Made by a program: the position numbers and the translations under genes
Part shown: piece by piece, positions 19,542 through 28,250 of the stretch
How positions within the stretch are numbered: position 1 is the stretch's first letter
How the letters are laid out: each line of letters begins with the position of its first letter
DNA from: an uncultured Gemmatimonadaceae bacterium
Lineage (GTDB): Bacteria; Gemmatimonadota; Gemmatimonadetes; Gemmatimonadales; Gemmatimonadaceae
Assembly (NCBI GenBank): GCA_963781585.1
Contig: CAWAGQ010000006.1
Location: 160,001 to 224,000 of the forward strand
Length of the DNA: 64,000 bases
Direction of reading: 5' to 3'
Notes under the pieces: model-generated
What the model was told of the DNA's origin: nothing
Databases searched by the model: none
What the model saw: only the letters and a program-made list of their open reading frames with translations

Positions 19542-19571
19542 AGCGGCGGGTCTTCCGACCCGCCGCTTTTC
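19542..19571 (+). terminator. Intrinsic terminator
   Basis: agcggcgggtc-ttcc-gacccgccgct followed by TTT. Confidence 0.7.
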
Positions 19572-19631
19572 GCTCCCGCCCCTTGGGCTCGAAGGCCTGC
19601 TGGCGGCGGCTGATCCAACGCACCGTTCCCG

Positions 19632-20030
19632 TCAGGCCTGCTCCGGGAGACGTTCTCGAAGAAACGTTGCGACAACGTTGTCGTCGGCGCGATTGGTGGC
19701 GACGGCCATTGTAAGCGCATAGAGATCCTTGGGCGCGGTGTGAATGGGCGCGCCGTTGATGGACAAGAACACAAGCGCACAGGCAAGGCCTGTGCGCTTG
19801 TTCCCATCGACGAATCCCTGAGTCCGTGCGAAACCCACGAGGTACGCGGCCGCCAGAGCTGCAAGATCAGCGGATGTGTCGTAGGCCCATCGCTGCCTCG
19901 GGCGTGCAAGTGCGGAGAGCACCACGTTCTGATCGAGCACGCCATGCGAACCGCCGAAGCGCTCTATCTGCTGCGCGTGGATGGCCAGGAGTGTCGGCGC
20001 GGTGATCCACAGGGGTTCTGCGATCGGCAC
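19632..20030 (-). CDS. Doc (death-on-curing)/Fic family toxin with variant active site
   Basis: AIHAQQIERFGG..G.LD...SALARP, LAAAY, motif QGFVDGNKRT. Confidence 0.88.
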   Translation of the reverse strand: MPIAEPLWITAPTLLAIHAQQIERFGGSHGVLDQNVVLSALARPRQRWAYDTSADLAALAAAYLVGFARTQGFVDGNKRTGLACALVFLSINGAPIHTAPKDLYALTMAVATNRADDNVVATFLRERLPEQA

Positions 20031-20039
20031 CTGTGGAAC

Positions 20040-20273
20040 TCACTTCGCCAGCGCTCGAAACACGGAGTCGTACTCCGACATGATCTGTTCATGCGCCTCA
20101 AGCGCTGCGGCGGTCTCGGAGGAGTGCAGGACAACCCGGAACCCACCCATGCCATCCTCGATCCAATCCAGCTCCTGGCCAGGCGGAATGGCCAGGCGCC
20201 GTACGACCTCCGCAGGCAGGGTCGTGACCACAGAGGCCCCTTGGGCTCTGGTCTTGCTCACGAGCGTTCGCAT
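20040..20273 (-). CDS. AbrB/MazE-fold antitoxin (Doc partner)
   Basis: QGASVVTTLPAEV..RL.I..G..L AbrB-like N-terminus; amphipathic C-terminal helix ending FRALAK; 9 bp upstream of doc. Confidence 0.82.
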   Translation of the reverse strand: MRTLVSKTRAQGASVVTTLPAEVVRRLAIPPGQELDWIEDGMGGFRVVLHSSETAAALEAHEQIMSEYDSVFRALAK

Positions 20274-20330
20274 AGGTGTGAATCCAGATAAGTGATTGGC
20301 GGCGCGCAGTTTAGCTGAGTGCCACTCGAA

Positions 20331-20367
20331 TTACATTCAGTATATGTAACTGGAGTTACACTGTCAA
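20331..20367 (-). promoter_or_regulatory. Near-consensus sigma70 promoter of the TA operon with operator palindromes
   Basis: Minus strand TTGACA (20367-20362)-17-TATACT (20344-20339); palindromes TGTAACT-GG-AGTTACA (20345-20360) and TTACAT-N7-ATGTAA (20331-20349). Confidence 0.85.
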
Positions 20368-20451
20368 GACGGCCCGAGCCCTCCTGCGCAACGCAACAGG
20401 GCCTCAGCGAGTGACGAACGCGCGCATGCCTCCGCCTAACCCGCTTGACTC

Positions 20452-20487
20452 GGCCCGCCCGCCGAGCGTACGCTCGGCGGGCGGGCC
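20452..20487. repeat. Perfect 36-bp palindrome
   Basis: ggcccgcccgccgagcgt|acgctcggcgggcgggcc. Confidence 0.9.
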
Positions 20488-20607
20488 CTCCATCGCGCGC
20501 CGCGCACTGATGCACCGCAACGCAAGAAAACGATGATGGGCACCGACGCACGCGCACCCATCCTCGGCCATGCGCGCGGACGACACTTCGCCGAGGAAGG
20601 ATGCCCG

Positions 20608-21147
20608 ATGCAGATGGCGACCAGGACCAAGCGCTGGACGCTCGCGGAGCTGCACAGTCTCCCCGAGGACGGAAACAGATACGAGTTGCTGCGGGGCGAA
20701 CTGTTCGTGACGCCGCCGCCCACCGACGACCACGAGACCATCGCGGCGCGACTCACCCGCCTCATCGATCCGTATGTCGCGGCACACGGACTCGGCTACG
20801 TGTACCACCCCCGCGCGGTCGTCCAGCGCGAGAGCTCGCAGGTCGAACCGGATCTGCAGGTGCGGGCGCCGCAGACGGCCCCGCGCGCCACCTGGAAGAG
20901 TGCTCCCCTTCCGATTCTCATCGTCGAGATCCTCTCGCCGTTCACACGACGGCGTGACCTTGGTGTGAAACGCGATTTCTACTCGGACCTCGGCATCGCA
21001 GAATACTGGATCGTGGATGCGGAGGACCGAACCGTCCGCATCGTCCGTGGAGGCAGGGAGGACGAGGTGGCGAGGGAGCGCTTCACGTGGACGCCGCCCG
21101 GAATGGAGTCCGGCCTGATCATTGAGCTTGACGAGGTCTTCGGGTAG
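20608..21147 (+). CDS. Uma2 (DUF820) family PD-(D/E)xK endonuclease-like protein
   Basis: LPEDGNRYELLRGEL.V.PPP...H, VEPDL, LIVEILSP...D...KR.FY...GIAEYWIVD. Confidence 0.9.
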   Translation: MQMATRTKRWTLAELHSLPEDGNRYELLRGELFVTPPPTDDHETIAARLTRLIDPYVAAHGLGYVYHPRAVVQRESSQVEPDLQVRAPQTAPRATWKSAPLPILIVEILSPFTRRRDLGVKRDFYSDLGIAEYWIVDAEDRTVRIVRGGREDEVARERFTWTPPGMESGLIIELDEVFG

Positions 21148-21324
21148 CGGGCCGGGCCGCGAGCGGGTGCACCGCTACGCGACGGCCTTCGAGTAGCTTG
21201 CGGCATGTTGGGGTCGAGCGACGCCACTGACCACCACCTGCCCACGAACTGCAGCATGGGGGTGAAGGCGTTCGTCGGTATTCAACCAAGACCCGCGTCG
21301 ATCGGCATCCACTCGGAGCGCGCA

Positions 21325-22263
21325 ATGACCGGTATCGTCCGCACCTCACTCCTGCTCGCCGTTCTCACACCGATTGGTTTGCCTCGCGCACTTCGTGCGC
21401 AAACGCCCTACCCGACGCGCTGCGGGACGGGGATCCCGCGCAGCGAGCAATCGGGCTACGTCCCACTTCCCAGAGGCGACGTCTTCTGTCCGCTCGTCGC
21501 CGACCCGAAAGCCGCGACCTCGTTCGCGAGCTATCTGCATGAGCACTCCGACGCCACCACGCCCGACACGTCGATCAACATCGCGTCGGTCGGCATCGGC
21601 GACGCGTTCGGGCTGGGACGGTGGAACGGTGCGCGGCCGGGTGACGGGGTCGAGATCGCTCTCGCGGGCAGCGTGTTCGCCCAGTTCGACCTGAGCAGCG
21701 CGTCGTACGACCTGCTCAACGCCGACTACGTGATCGGGGTGCCGATCACGCTCCGGAGCGGCTGGTTCTCCACGCGCATTCGGGTCTATCACCAGAGCTC
21801 GCACCTCGGCGACGAGTATCTCCTCCGGGAACCGGCGAATCGACAGAATCGGGTGAACCTCTCCTTCGAATCGCTGGAATGGATCCTGTCGGCGGATGCC
21901 GCGGCACTGCGGCTGTACGGCGGAGGCGAGTACCTGTTCCACCGGTTCCCCAAGGATCTGGAATCCTACGTGGCGCACGGCGGCGCGGAACTGCGGCCGC
22001 AATTCCGCATCATCCCACTCGGTTCGTTAGGCGGATTCCGCCTGGTGGCGGCCACCGACCTCAAGGCGTCGCAGGAACACGACTGGAAACCGAGCGTGAG
22101 TGCCCGGGCGGGGCTGGAGTACGACCGGGCCGGACGCGCCGCGACCCCGGCCCGAAGGTGGGGCCTGTTCTTCGAGTACTACACGGGCCCGTCGCCGTAC
22201 GGGCAGTTCTACCGCACGAACGTCCACCACATGGGGGTGGGGATCCACTTCGGGCCGTCGTGA
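21325..22263 (+). CDS. DUF1207 family putative outer-membrane protein
   Basis: Signal peptide, PLVADPK, FAQFDL...LLNADY, YHQSSHLGDE, YYTGPSPYGQFY. Confidence 0.75.
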   Translation: MTGIVRTSLLLAVLTPIGLPRALRAQTPYPTRCGTGIPRSEQSGYVPLPRGDVFCPLVADPKAATSFASYLHEHSDATTPDTSINIASVGIGDAFGLGRWNGARPGDGVEIALAGSVFAQFDLSSASYDLLNADYVIGVPITLRSGWFSTRIRVYHQSSHLGDEYLLREPANRQNRVNLSFESLEWILSADAAALRLYGGGEYLFHRFPKDLESYVAHGGAELRPQFRIIPLGSLGGFRLVAATDLKASQEHDWKPSVSARAGLEYDRAGRAATPARRWGLFFEYYTGPSPYGQFYRTNVHHMGVGIHFGPS

Positions 22264-22310
22264 CCGCCCGCCCCGTGGGAGCCTCGCGGCAGCCACTCGA
22301 TGCATCGAAC

Positions 22311-22904
22311 ATGGACGCCTCCCCAGCGCACTTTCCCAACGCGGCCGCGTTCCGCGCCTGGCTTCGCACGCATCACCGGACGGCGACAAATCTCGTGGTA
22401 CGGATTGCCAGGAACCACGCGGCGCATCAGGGCGTAACGTACGCGCAGGCGCTCGACGAGGCACTGTGCTTTGGATGGATCGACGGGGTACGCCGCAGCC
22501 TCGACCGCGACAGTTTCTCCGTGCGGTTCAGCCCGCGCAAGCCGCGGAGCATCTGGAGCCGGATCAACGTGCGACACGCCGAGCGGCTCATCGAGGCGGG
22601 GCGCATGAGGAGAGCCGGACTCAAGGCCTTCGAGGCGCGCGACGAAGCGCGAACCGGTGTGTACTCGTTCGAGCGGCAGTCGGCCACACTGGCTCCGTCA
22701 TATCAAGCGCGATTCCGGAAGAACAAGAAAGCCTGGCGGTACTTCGAGCACGAAGCTCCGTGGTATCGTCGCACAAGTACGCACTGGGTGATGAGCGCCA
22801 GGCGCGAGGAAACGCGCGAGAGGCGACTGGCAACGTTGATAACGCACTGCGCCAGGGGTGAACGAATCCCACCCCTTCAGCGGACGCCGAAAAGCGGGAG
22901 CTGA
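22311..22904 (+). CDS. YdeI/OmpD-associated family protein
   Basis: FRAWL..HH, ALDEALCFGWIDG, FSPRKPRSIWSRIN, WVMSARREETRERRL. Confidence 0.9.
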   Translation: MDASPAHFPNAAAFRAWLRTHHRTATNLVVRIARNHAAHQGVTYAQALDEALCFGWIDGVRRSLDRDSFSVRFSPRKPRSIWSRINVRHAERLIEAGRMRRAGLKAFEARDEARTGVYSFERQSATLAPSYQARFRKNKKAWRYFEHEAPWYRRTSTHWVMSARREETRERRLATLITHCARGERIPPLQRTPKSGS

Positions 22905-22947
22905 CGATAGGCCCTGCGGTCGGCGCTGTCGATCCCCGGTGGCCGCC

Positions 22948-24312
22948 TCATGGAAGTCGGGTCATCGCGATGTCCCGCCCTCCCTGGTGGAGGACGGCCC
23001 CGGAGATGGCGCCGGCGCCGTTCCGCTGGAAGGTGAGCTGGGCATCTACGACGGTCCAACGCCAGGTGGAATCCGACGTCGCGAAGATCCGGAATCGCTG
23101 CTGTCCGGTCATCTGCGCGTAGAGCTTCGTGCCGGCACGGGTGACGGTCAGGCGCACCCCCGGGGCGACTTCGTACGCACCCGCAAACTGCTGCAGGACG
23201 GCGGAGTCCAGCGGAAACTCCACCGGAGGAGCCGGTGGGGGCTGAAGGTCATTGCGCTCGTCGATCAGGTGGAGCCCGAGGTCGTCGATCGATGTGGCTG
23301 TGTTGGACAGGATGACGACGCCGACGTGTCGCGCCGGATCGAACCCGATGAACGAATGAAAGCCCGCCGTCTCGCCGTTGTGCCAGACAATGTCCGTATC
23401 GTGCGCGTGGAGAATGTGCCAGGCGAGTCCAATGGTCGTATTGGGCAGGGTTGTCGCGCGGCGCGAGGCGTGGGTGGCAAAGAGCGCCGCGCCGAGTGGT
23501 GTCTTCGCGCTATCGAGGTTGGCCGCAAGGAACGTGAGCATGTCGTTCAGCGTCGAGCGGATAGCGCCGGCGCCTGCCAGCGCATCGAAATGCCAGTTCG
23601 CTACGGCGTCGCCGTCGCGGTTGTAGCCCGTCGCGAGCCGCCTCTGCATGCCGGCAGTGCTGGTGATGCGCGTATCAGCCATTCCCAGTGGTGTCAGAAT
23701 CCGCGCCTCGAGGAGCTGTTCGTAGCTCTTTCCGGCGTGCCGGGCGAGCGCGAGGCCGAGCAGGCCCACACCGAGATTCGAGTACTCGTACTGCGCACCC
23801 GGGTCCCGCGACGGTGTGTAGCCCGACAGGAACTGGAACAGCTGCGACGGCCCGTAGTCGACATACGGGTCGTCGGGATTGGCCGGATGGAGGTTTGCCG
23901 GCAGGCGGGGCAGTCCCGAACTCTGCGTCGCCAGGTCGAGCAGCGTGATCGCGCGCCCGTGGGGGACGAGCTTCACCTCCGGCGGCAGGTATCGCGTCAC
24001 CGGATCGTCAAGTGAGACCTCGCCGCGTCGGACCAGGTCGGCCAGAAGGGATGCGGTGAAGGTCTTGGTGACCGAACCGATTTCGAAGACCGTGTTCGGT
24101 CCGAGGGCCACCGTACCGTTGTCCGCCGCGCTCCCGAACTGAAACAGGTGGCGGTGCCCCGTGGAATCGATAATGCCGGCCACGATTCCCACATTGCGGT
24201 GAGTCTCGACGCGCTCTCGAATCAGGCGCTGAACCGCGGTATCAGGCGGAATGGATATCGTATGGAGTACGGCCGTCGCGATGGCGCCGCGAATCAGGTA
24301 CGAAGAAAACAC
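22948..24312 (-). CDS. Serine hydrolase (class C beta-lactamase-like) with DUF3471-like C-terminal domain
   Basis: FEIGSVTK (SxxK), YEYSN, WHNG; SD GGAGGA before GTG. Confidence 0.88.
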   Translation of the reverse strand: MFSSYLIRGAIATAVLHTISIPPDTAVQRLIRERVETHRNVGIVAGIIDSTGHRHLFQFGSAADNGTVALGPNTVFEIGSVTKTFTASLLADLVRRGEVSLDDPVTRYLPPEVKLVPHGRAITLLDLATQSSGLPRLPANLHPANPDDPYVDYGPSQLFQFLSGYTPSRDPGAQYEYSNLGVGLLGLALARHAGKSYEQLLEARILTPLGMADTRITSTAGMQRRLATGYNRDGDAVANWHFDALAGAGAIRSTLNDMLTFLAANLDSAKTPLGAALFATHASRRATTLPNTTIGLAWHILHAHDTDIVWHNGETAGFHSFIGFDPARHVGVVILSNTATSIDDLGLHLIDERNDLQPPPAPPVEFPLDSAVLQQFAGAYEVAPGVRLTVTRAGTKLYAQMTGQQRFRIFATSDSTWRWTVVDAQLTFQRNGAGAISGAVLHQGGRDIAMTRLP

Positions 24313-24349
24313 ACGTCCTCCAGTTCTGGGGGGAATCGTCCGGAATCGC

Positions 24350-24949
24350 TCACGCGCGTGGCTCCCCTGCCGCCGAGACCTCTCCGAGTAGCCGCGAGAG
24401 CTCCTCCAGCCGTGGCTGCAGATGGCGTCGGGCGGCATTCACGTTCATCCGGTAGAGGACCAGCGACAGGAGCGCGACTGCGGCCGCGCAGCCGAAGGTC
24501 AGCCATGATGCGCCGGCGCGTCCGGCGATGATCATGATCACGCCGAGCGAGATCGGCGCCAGATACCACACGAAGACACTCTCGAGGAGCCGGATCTGCG
24601 CTGCCACTCTCGACCGCTCGTGCTCCAGCGCCACCGCCACCGGCAACTCCATGCGTGCCGCGCTCGGTATCCGCCGCGCACGGTACAACCTGACCACCAC
24701 GAGCGCGTACGCCACGATCAACGCCACCACGCCGAGGCGGGTGAGGAGAGTGCCGTGTACCGCCGCGGGAACGATGAGGACGAGACCGACGATCGCCGCG
24801 ATAACCTCCCGGAGGTCGCGGAAGCGAATCCGCTTGTCGAAGCGTCGTGCTTCCGACTTCACGTACAGAAGAATCTCCTCCGGCGACAGCCGAACGACAT
24901 CGGCGTCCCGCTCTGACCACCAGTAGCCCTTCGCGTCGTCCAGACTCAT
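24350..24949 (-). CDS. Membrane protein (about 4 TM), candidate anti-sigma factor
   Basis: ATGA overlap with the ECF sigma stop; four hydrophobic segments. Confidence 0.7.
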   Translation of the reverse strand: MSLDDAKGYWWSERDADVVRLSPEEILLYVKSEARRFDKRIRFRDLREVIAAIVGLVLIVPAAVHGTLLTRLGVVALIVAYALVVVRLYRARRIPSAARMELPVAVALEHERSRVAAQIRLLESVFVWYLAPISLGVIMIIAGRAGASWLTFGCAAAVALLSLVLYRMNVNAARRHLQPRLEELSRLLGEVSAAGEPRA

Positions 24950-25455
24950 GACCGCTCCTCGGCCAGCAGCGTGGCCAGTTCTTTCCTGATGCGATGCAGT
25001 TTGACGCCCACGTTGCTCTCACTGATTCCCAGCACCTCGGCCATCTCGCGGTAGCTCTGTTCGTCGAGGAACATGGTCACGAGGATCTTCTCGATGTCGT
25101 TCAGCCGACCGATCGCCGCGTACAGGCGCTCGAGTTGCTGTGCCGCCTCCAGGCGCTCGTCGGCTCCCGGCGTGTCCGAGGTCGGTTCCGCACGCACATC
25201 GAGCCGCGACTCGCGGCGCGCACGATGCCGGCGCCGGTGGGTGAGCGCGGTATTCAGCGCCACCCGATACAGCCAGGTGCTCGGGAGCGACTGGTTCGCG
25301 AACGACGGCAGGGAGCGCCAGAGCTGCACCAGCACGTCCTGAAAGAGGTCCCTGCGGGCCTCGGCGTCGCGCTCATACACGCGACAGATCTTCCACAGGC
25401 GCGCTTCGTTCCTGCGCACGAGTTCGAGGAAGGTCTGTTCGAGGTCGTTAGCCAC
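24946..25455 (-). CDS. ECF RNA polymerase sigma-70 factor
   Basis: DLFQDVLVQLW, STWLYRVALN, SYREMAEVLGISESNVGVKLHR. Confidence 0.92.
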   Translation of the reverse strand: MANDLEQTFLELVRRNEARLWKICRVYERDAEARRDLFQDVLVQLWRSLPSFANQSLPSTWLYRVALNTALTHRRRHRARRESRLDVRAEPTSDTPGADERLEAAQQLERLYAAIGRLNDIEKILVTMFLDEQSYREMAEVLGISESNVGVKLHRIRKELATLLAEERS

Positions 25456-25484
25456 GCGTCCGCCACGTGAAGGACACCAGTATA

Positions 25485-25510
25485 TGTCGCAGGAGCAGGC
25501 CCGTTCTTAC
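25485..25510 (-). promoter_or_regulatory. Candidate ECF autoregulatory promoter
   Basis: Minus strand GTAAG-16-CGACA about 30 nt upstream of the sigma start (inference from typical ECF promoter shape). Confidence 0.4.
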
Positions 25511-25701
25511 GCGCCGTGGGCGTCGAGTGAGGGAGCCCCGGACAAGATGTAGGGAGAAACCACGAGAGCAGCTTCTCTCCGGGTCTCACGCCTCACGGAT
25601 TCTCACGCCCGGGCGGAGCGGGGTGCGCGCGGAGCCCCACCGATTTGGGAAGGCGAATGGCGCGACATACCTTTAGGGCAGAGCGGCGAGGAGGTATGTC
25701 G

Positions 25702-27051
25702 ATGAGGGGCCGTCTCAGGTGGGTGCTCGTTCTCGCGGCAACCGCGGCCGTCACCAGTAGCGCGGTCGGGCAGCCCGACTCGGCGGCCCGAGGGGAAGCC
25801 GCGCCCGCAACCCAGCATCAGATGCCAGGGCATGATCGGATCCTGGTGATGCATCTCGCGGACGATATCTCACCCGTCACCGCCCAAGCACTGCTCGCCG
25901 CGATCGAGCGGGCCGAGCGGGACGGGTATCGGGCCCTCGTGATCGAGATCGATACGCCGGGCGGTCTCGAGAGCAGCATGCGCACGATGGTCAAGGGGAT
26001 CCTCGTGTCGACGGTGCCGATCATCGCCTGGGTGGCGCCGAGCGGCGCGCGGGCGGCCTCGGCCGGGGTGTTCGTGACGATGGCTGCGGACGTGGCGGCC
26101 ATGTCGCCCGGCACCAACATCGGCGCCGCGACTCCGGTGAACATGCAGGGACCCATGGATTCCACGATGGCGCGCAAGGTGACGGCCGACGCCGCAGCGT
26201 TCGCACGCACCATCGCCGGGCAGCGGGGCCGGAACGCGGCGTGGGCCGAGCGCGCGGTGCGCGAGGCGATCGCCGCCAGCGAGACCGAGGCGGTGGATCT
26301 GCACGTCGTGGATTTCGTGGCCGCGACGCTCCCCGAGCTGCTGGAAAAGGCCGACGGACGGAAGTGGCGGCGCGGGGGTGAGGAACACGTTCTCTCGGTC
26401 AAGGGCTTGCCGGTTGATCGCATTCAGCCGGGGTTTCGCGACCGCCTGCTTGCCATTCTCACCGACCCGAGCCTCGCCTACATCCTCCTCTTGTTAGGCT
26501 TCTACGGTCTGCTGTTCGAGCTGCAGAATCCCGGGGCGATTCTCCCCGGCGTGGTAGGCGTGGTGTGTCTCGTGCTCGCGCTGTTCGCGCTCTCGACGCT
26601 CCCGGTGAATTACGCCGGGGTAGCGCTGATCGTGCTCGCGGTCGGGTTCTTCATCGCCGAGATCAAGATCGTGAGCCACGGGGTGCTGGCCGTGGCCGGG
26701 GTGATCTCGATGTTGCTGGGATCCCTGATGCTGTTTCCGGGTGACGAGATGCGCCTGGCGGGGACGCTGATCGGCGGAGCGACGCTGGTTACCGCGGCGT
26801 TCTTCCTCTTTGTGGTCGGCGCCGGGCTCCAAGCGCAGAGACGCCGGGTGCAGACGGGAGCGCCCGCCCTGATCGGGGCGCGGGCCTCGGTCATATCCCG
26901 CCTCGCGCCGGAGGGAATGGTGCGGGTGGAAGGAGAATTGTGGAGGGCGGTGTCGGACACCGCGGTGGAACCAGGGAGCGAAGTGGAAATCACCGGCGTG
27001 GACCAGCTCATGCTGCGCGTCCGCGCGTCAGGCAAGGAGGCCGGAACATGA
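25702..27051 (+). CDS. nfeD: NfeD long form (ClpP-like serine protease domain + TM + OB fold)
   Basis: [34 protein letters not shown]-terminal [19 protein letters not shown]. Confidence 0.9.
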   Translation: MRGRLRWVLVLAATAAVTSSAVGQPDSAARGEAAPATQHQMPGHDRILVMHLADDISPVTAQALLAAIERAERDGYRALVIEIDTPGGLESSMRTMVKGILVSTVPIIAWVAPSGARAASAGVFVTMAADVAAMSPGTNIGAATPVNMQGPMDSTMARKVTADAAAFARTIAGQRGRNAAWAERAVREAIAASETEAVDLHVVDFVAATLPELLEKADGRKWRRGGEEHVLSVKGLPVDRIQPGFRDRLLAILTDPSLAYILLLLGFYGLLFELQNPGAILPGVVGVVCLVLALFALSTLPVNYAGVALIVLAVGFFIAEIKIVSHGVLAVAGVISMLLGSLMLFPGDEMRLAGTLIGGATLVTAAFFLFVVGAGLQAQRRRVQTGAPALIGARASVISRLAPEGMVRVEGELWRAVSDTAVEPGSEVEITGVDQLMLRVRASGKEAGT

Positions 27052-27818
27052 TCGGACCATCGCAGACGCTGCTCCTGTTCGTGATCGTGCTGGGGATCGT
27101 GATCCTGTCCAATGCCATTCGGGTCGTGCGGGAGTACGAGCGGCTGGTGGTGTTCCGGCTGGGTCGTCTGATCGGCGACAAGGGCCCCGGACTGGTGATC
27201 CTGATTCCGATCGTGGACCGGGCGGTGAAGGTCGGGCTTCGGACGGTGGCGATGGACGTGCCCCCGCAGGACATCATCACCCGCGACAACGTGACGGTGA
27301 AGGTGAACGCGGTCATCTTTTTCCGCGTGATGAGTGCGAAAGCGGCGGTGGTCCAGGTGGAGGACTTTCTGTTTGCCACCTCACAGATCGCACAGACGAC
27401 GCTGCGCTCGATTCTGGGCCAGCAGGAGCTCGACCAGCTGCTCGCCGAGCGTGAGAAGCTGAACCAGGCGCTCCAGCAGGTGATCGACCGGCACACCGAA
27501 CCGTGGGGCGTGAAGGTGAGCACGGTCGAGGTGAAGAACGTGGATCTGCCCCAGGAGATGCAGCGGGCGATCGCGCGGCAGGCCGAGGCGGAGCGCGAAC
27601 GGCGCGCCAAGGTGATCAATGCGGAGGGCGAATTCCAGGCGGCGGCGCAGCTGGCGGAAGCGGCCAAGGTGATCGCGGCCCAGCCTGTCGCGCTCCAGCT
27701 CCGCTACCTGCAGACGCTGGCGGAGATAGCGACCGAGAACAATTCGACCACCATCTTCCCGGTACCGGTGGACTTTCTGGCGGCGTTCATGGGCTCGGCC
27801 CTGACGCGAGGGGGATGA
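27048..27818 (+). CDS. Slipin / SPFH (stomatin-like) protein
   Basis: [45 protein letters not shown] overlap with nfeD. Confidence 0.93.
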   Translation: MIGPSQTLLLFVIVLGIVILSNAIRVVREYERLVVFRLGRLIGDKGPGLVILIPIVDRAVKVGLRTVAMDVPPQDIITRDNVTVKVNAVIFFRVMSAKAAVVQVEDFLFATSQIAQTTLRSILGQQELDQLLAEREKLNQALQQVIDRHTEPWGVKVSTVEVKNVDLPQEMQRAIARQAEAERERRAKVINAEGEFQAAAQLAEAAKVIAAQPVALQLRYLQTLAEIATENNSTTIFPVPVDFLAAFMGSALTRGG

Positions 27819-28247
27819 TTGGGGGGTCAGCGAAGACGTGGCGCGTCCGTCAGCGCCACGTGGCGAGTTGCTGATCGCGCCGTTTGCGGGGTCGCTCTGC
27901 TCGCGGGCGCGTGCAGCCACCACGCCAGGCCCGCGACCGACGATCCCCGAGCGGCAACGCGCCAATGCGTCGAGGCGCAGGTCCAGCTTGCCGGCTACCG
28001 CATTCTGAGTCGCGACGAGGGAGGCATCTACGCCGTGAGCGAACCGCCCAGCGGCTCGTTGAATCAGCCCCAGCAGGGCGTATTCGATCGCCTCAGCGTC
28101 CACTTCCTGGCGCACGGCTTCACCACCGAAGGCTCGAGCTGGGCGAGCGATCCGTACGCCGCGCGCGGCGCGGTGCGCCAGGTGGAGGAGTCGATGCGGC
28201 TGCGCGCGCTCGAAGCCACGCTCGAGCGCACCTGTGCGCCGTCGTGA
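27819..28247 (+). CDS. Hypothetical lipoprotein (start uncertain)
   Basis: LLAGAC lipobox; directly follows the slipin gene. Confidence 0.5.
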   Translation: MGGQRRRGASVSATWRVADRAVCGVALLAGACSHHARPATDDPRAATRQCVEAQVQLAGYRILSRDEGGIYAVSEPPSGSLNQPQQGVFDRLSVHFLAHGFTTEGSSWASDPYAARGAVRQVEESMRLRALEATLERTCAPS

Positions 28248-28250
28248 CGG

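Noticed and set aside
19441..25455. Integrative genomic island at tRNA-Gln
   Set aside because: There is no integrase, the only att-like repeat is 96 bp away, and I saw no distal copy. Only the TA pair looks accessory.
25584..25609. TCTCACGCC direct repeats upstream of nfeD as a regulator site
   Set aside because: The repeats are short with irregular spacing and no cognate regulator is nearby, so chance cannot be excluded.
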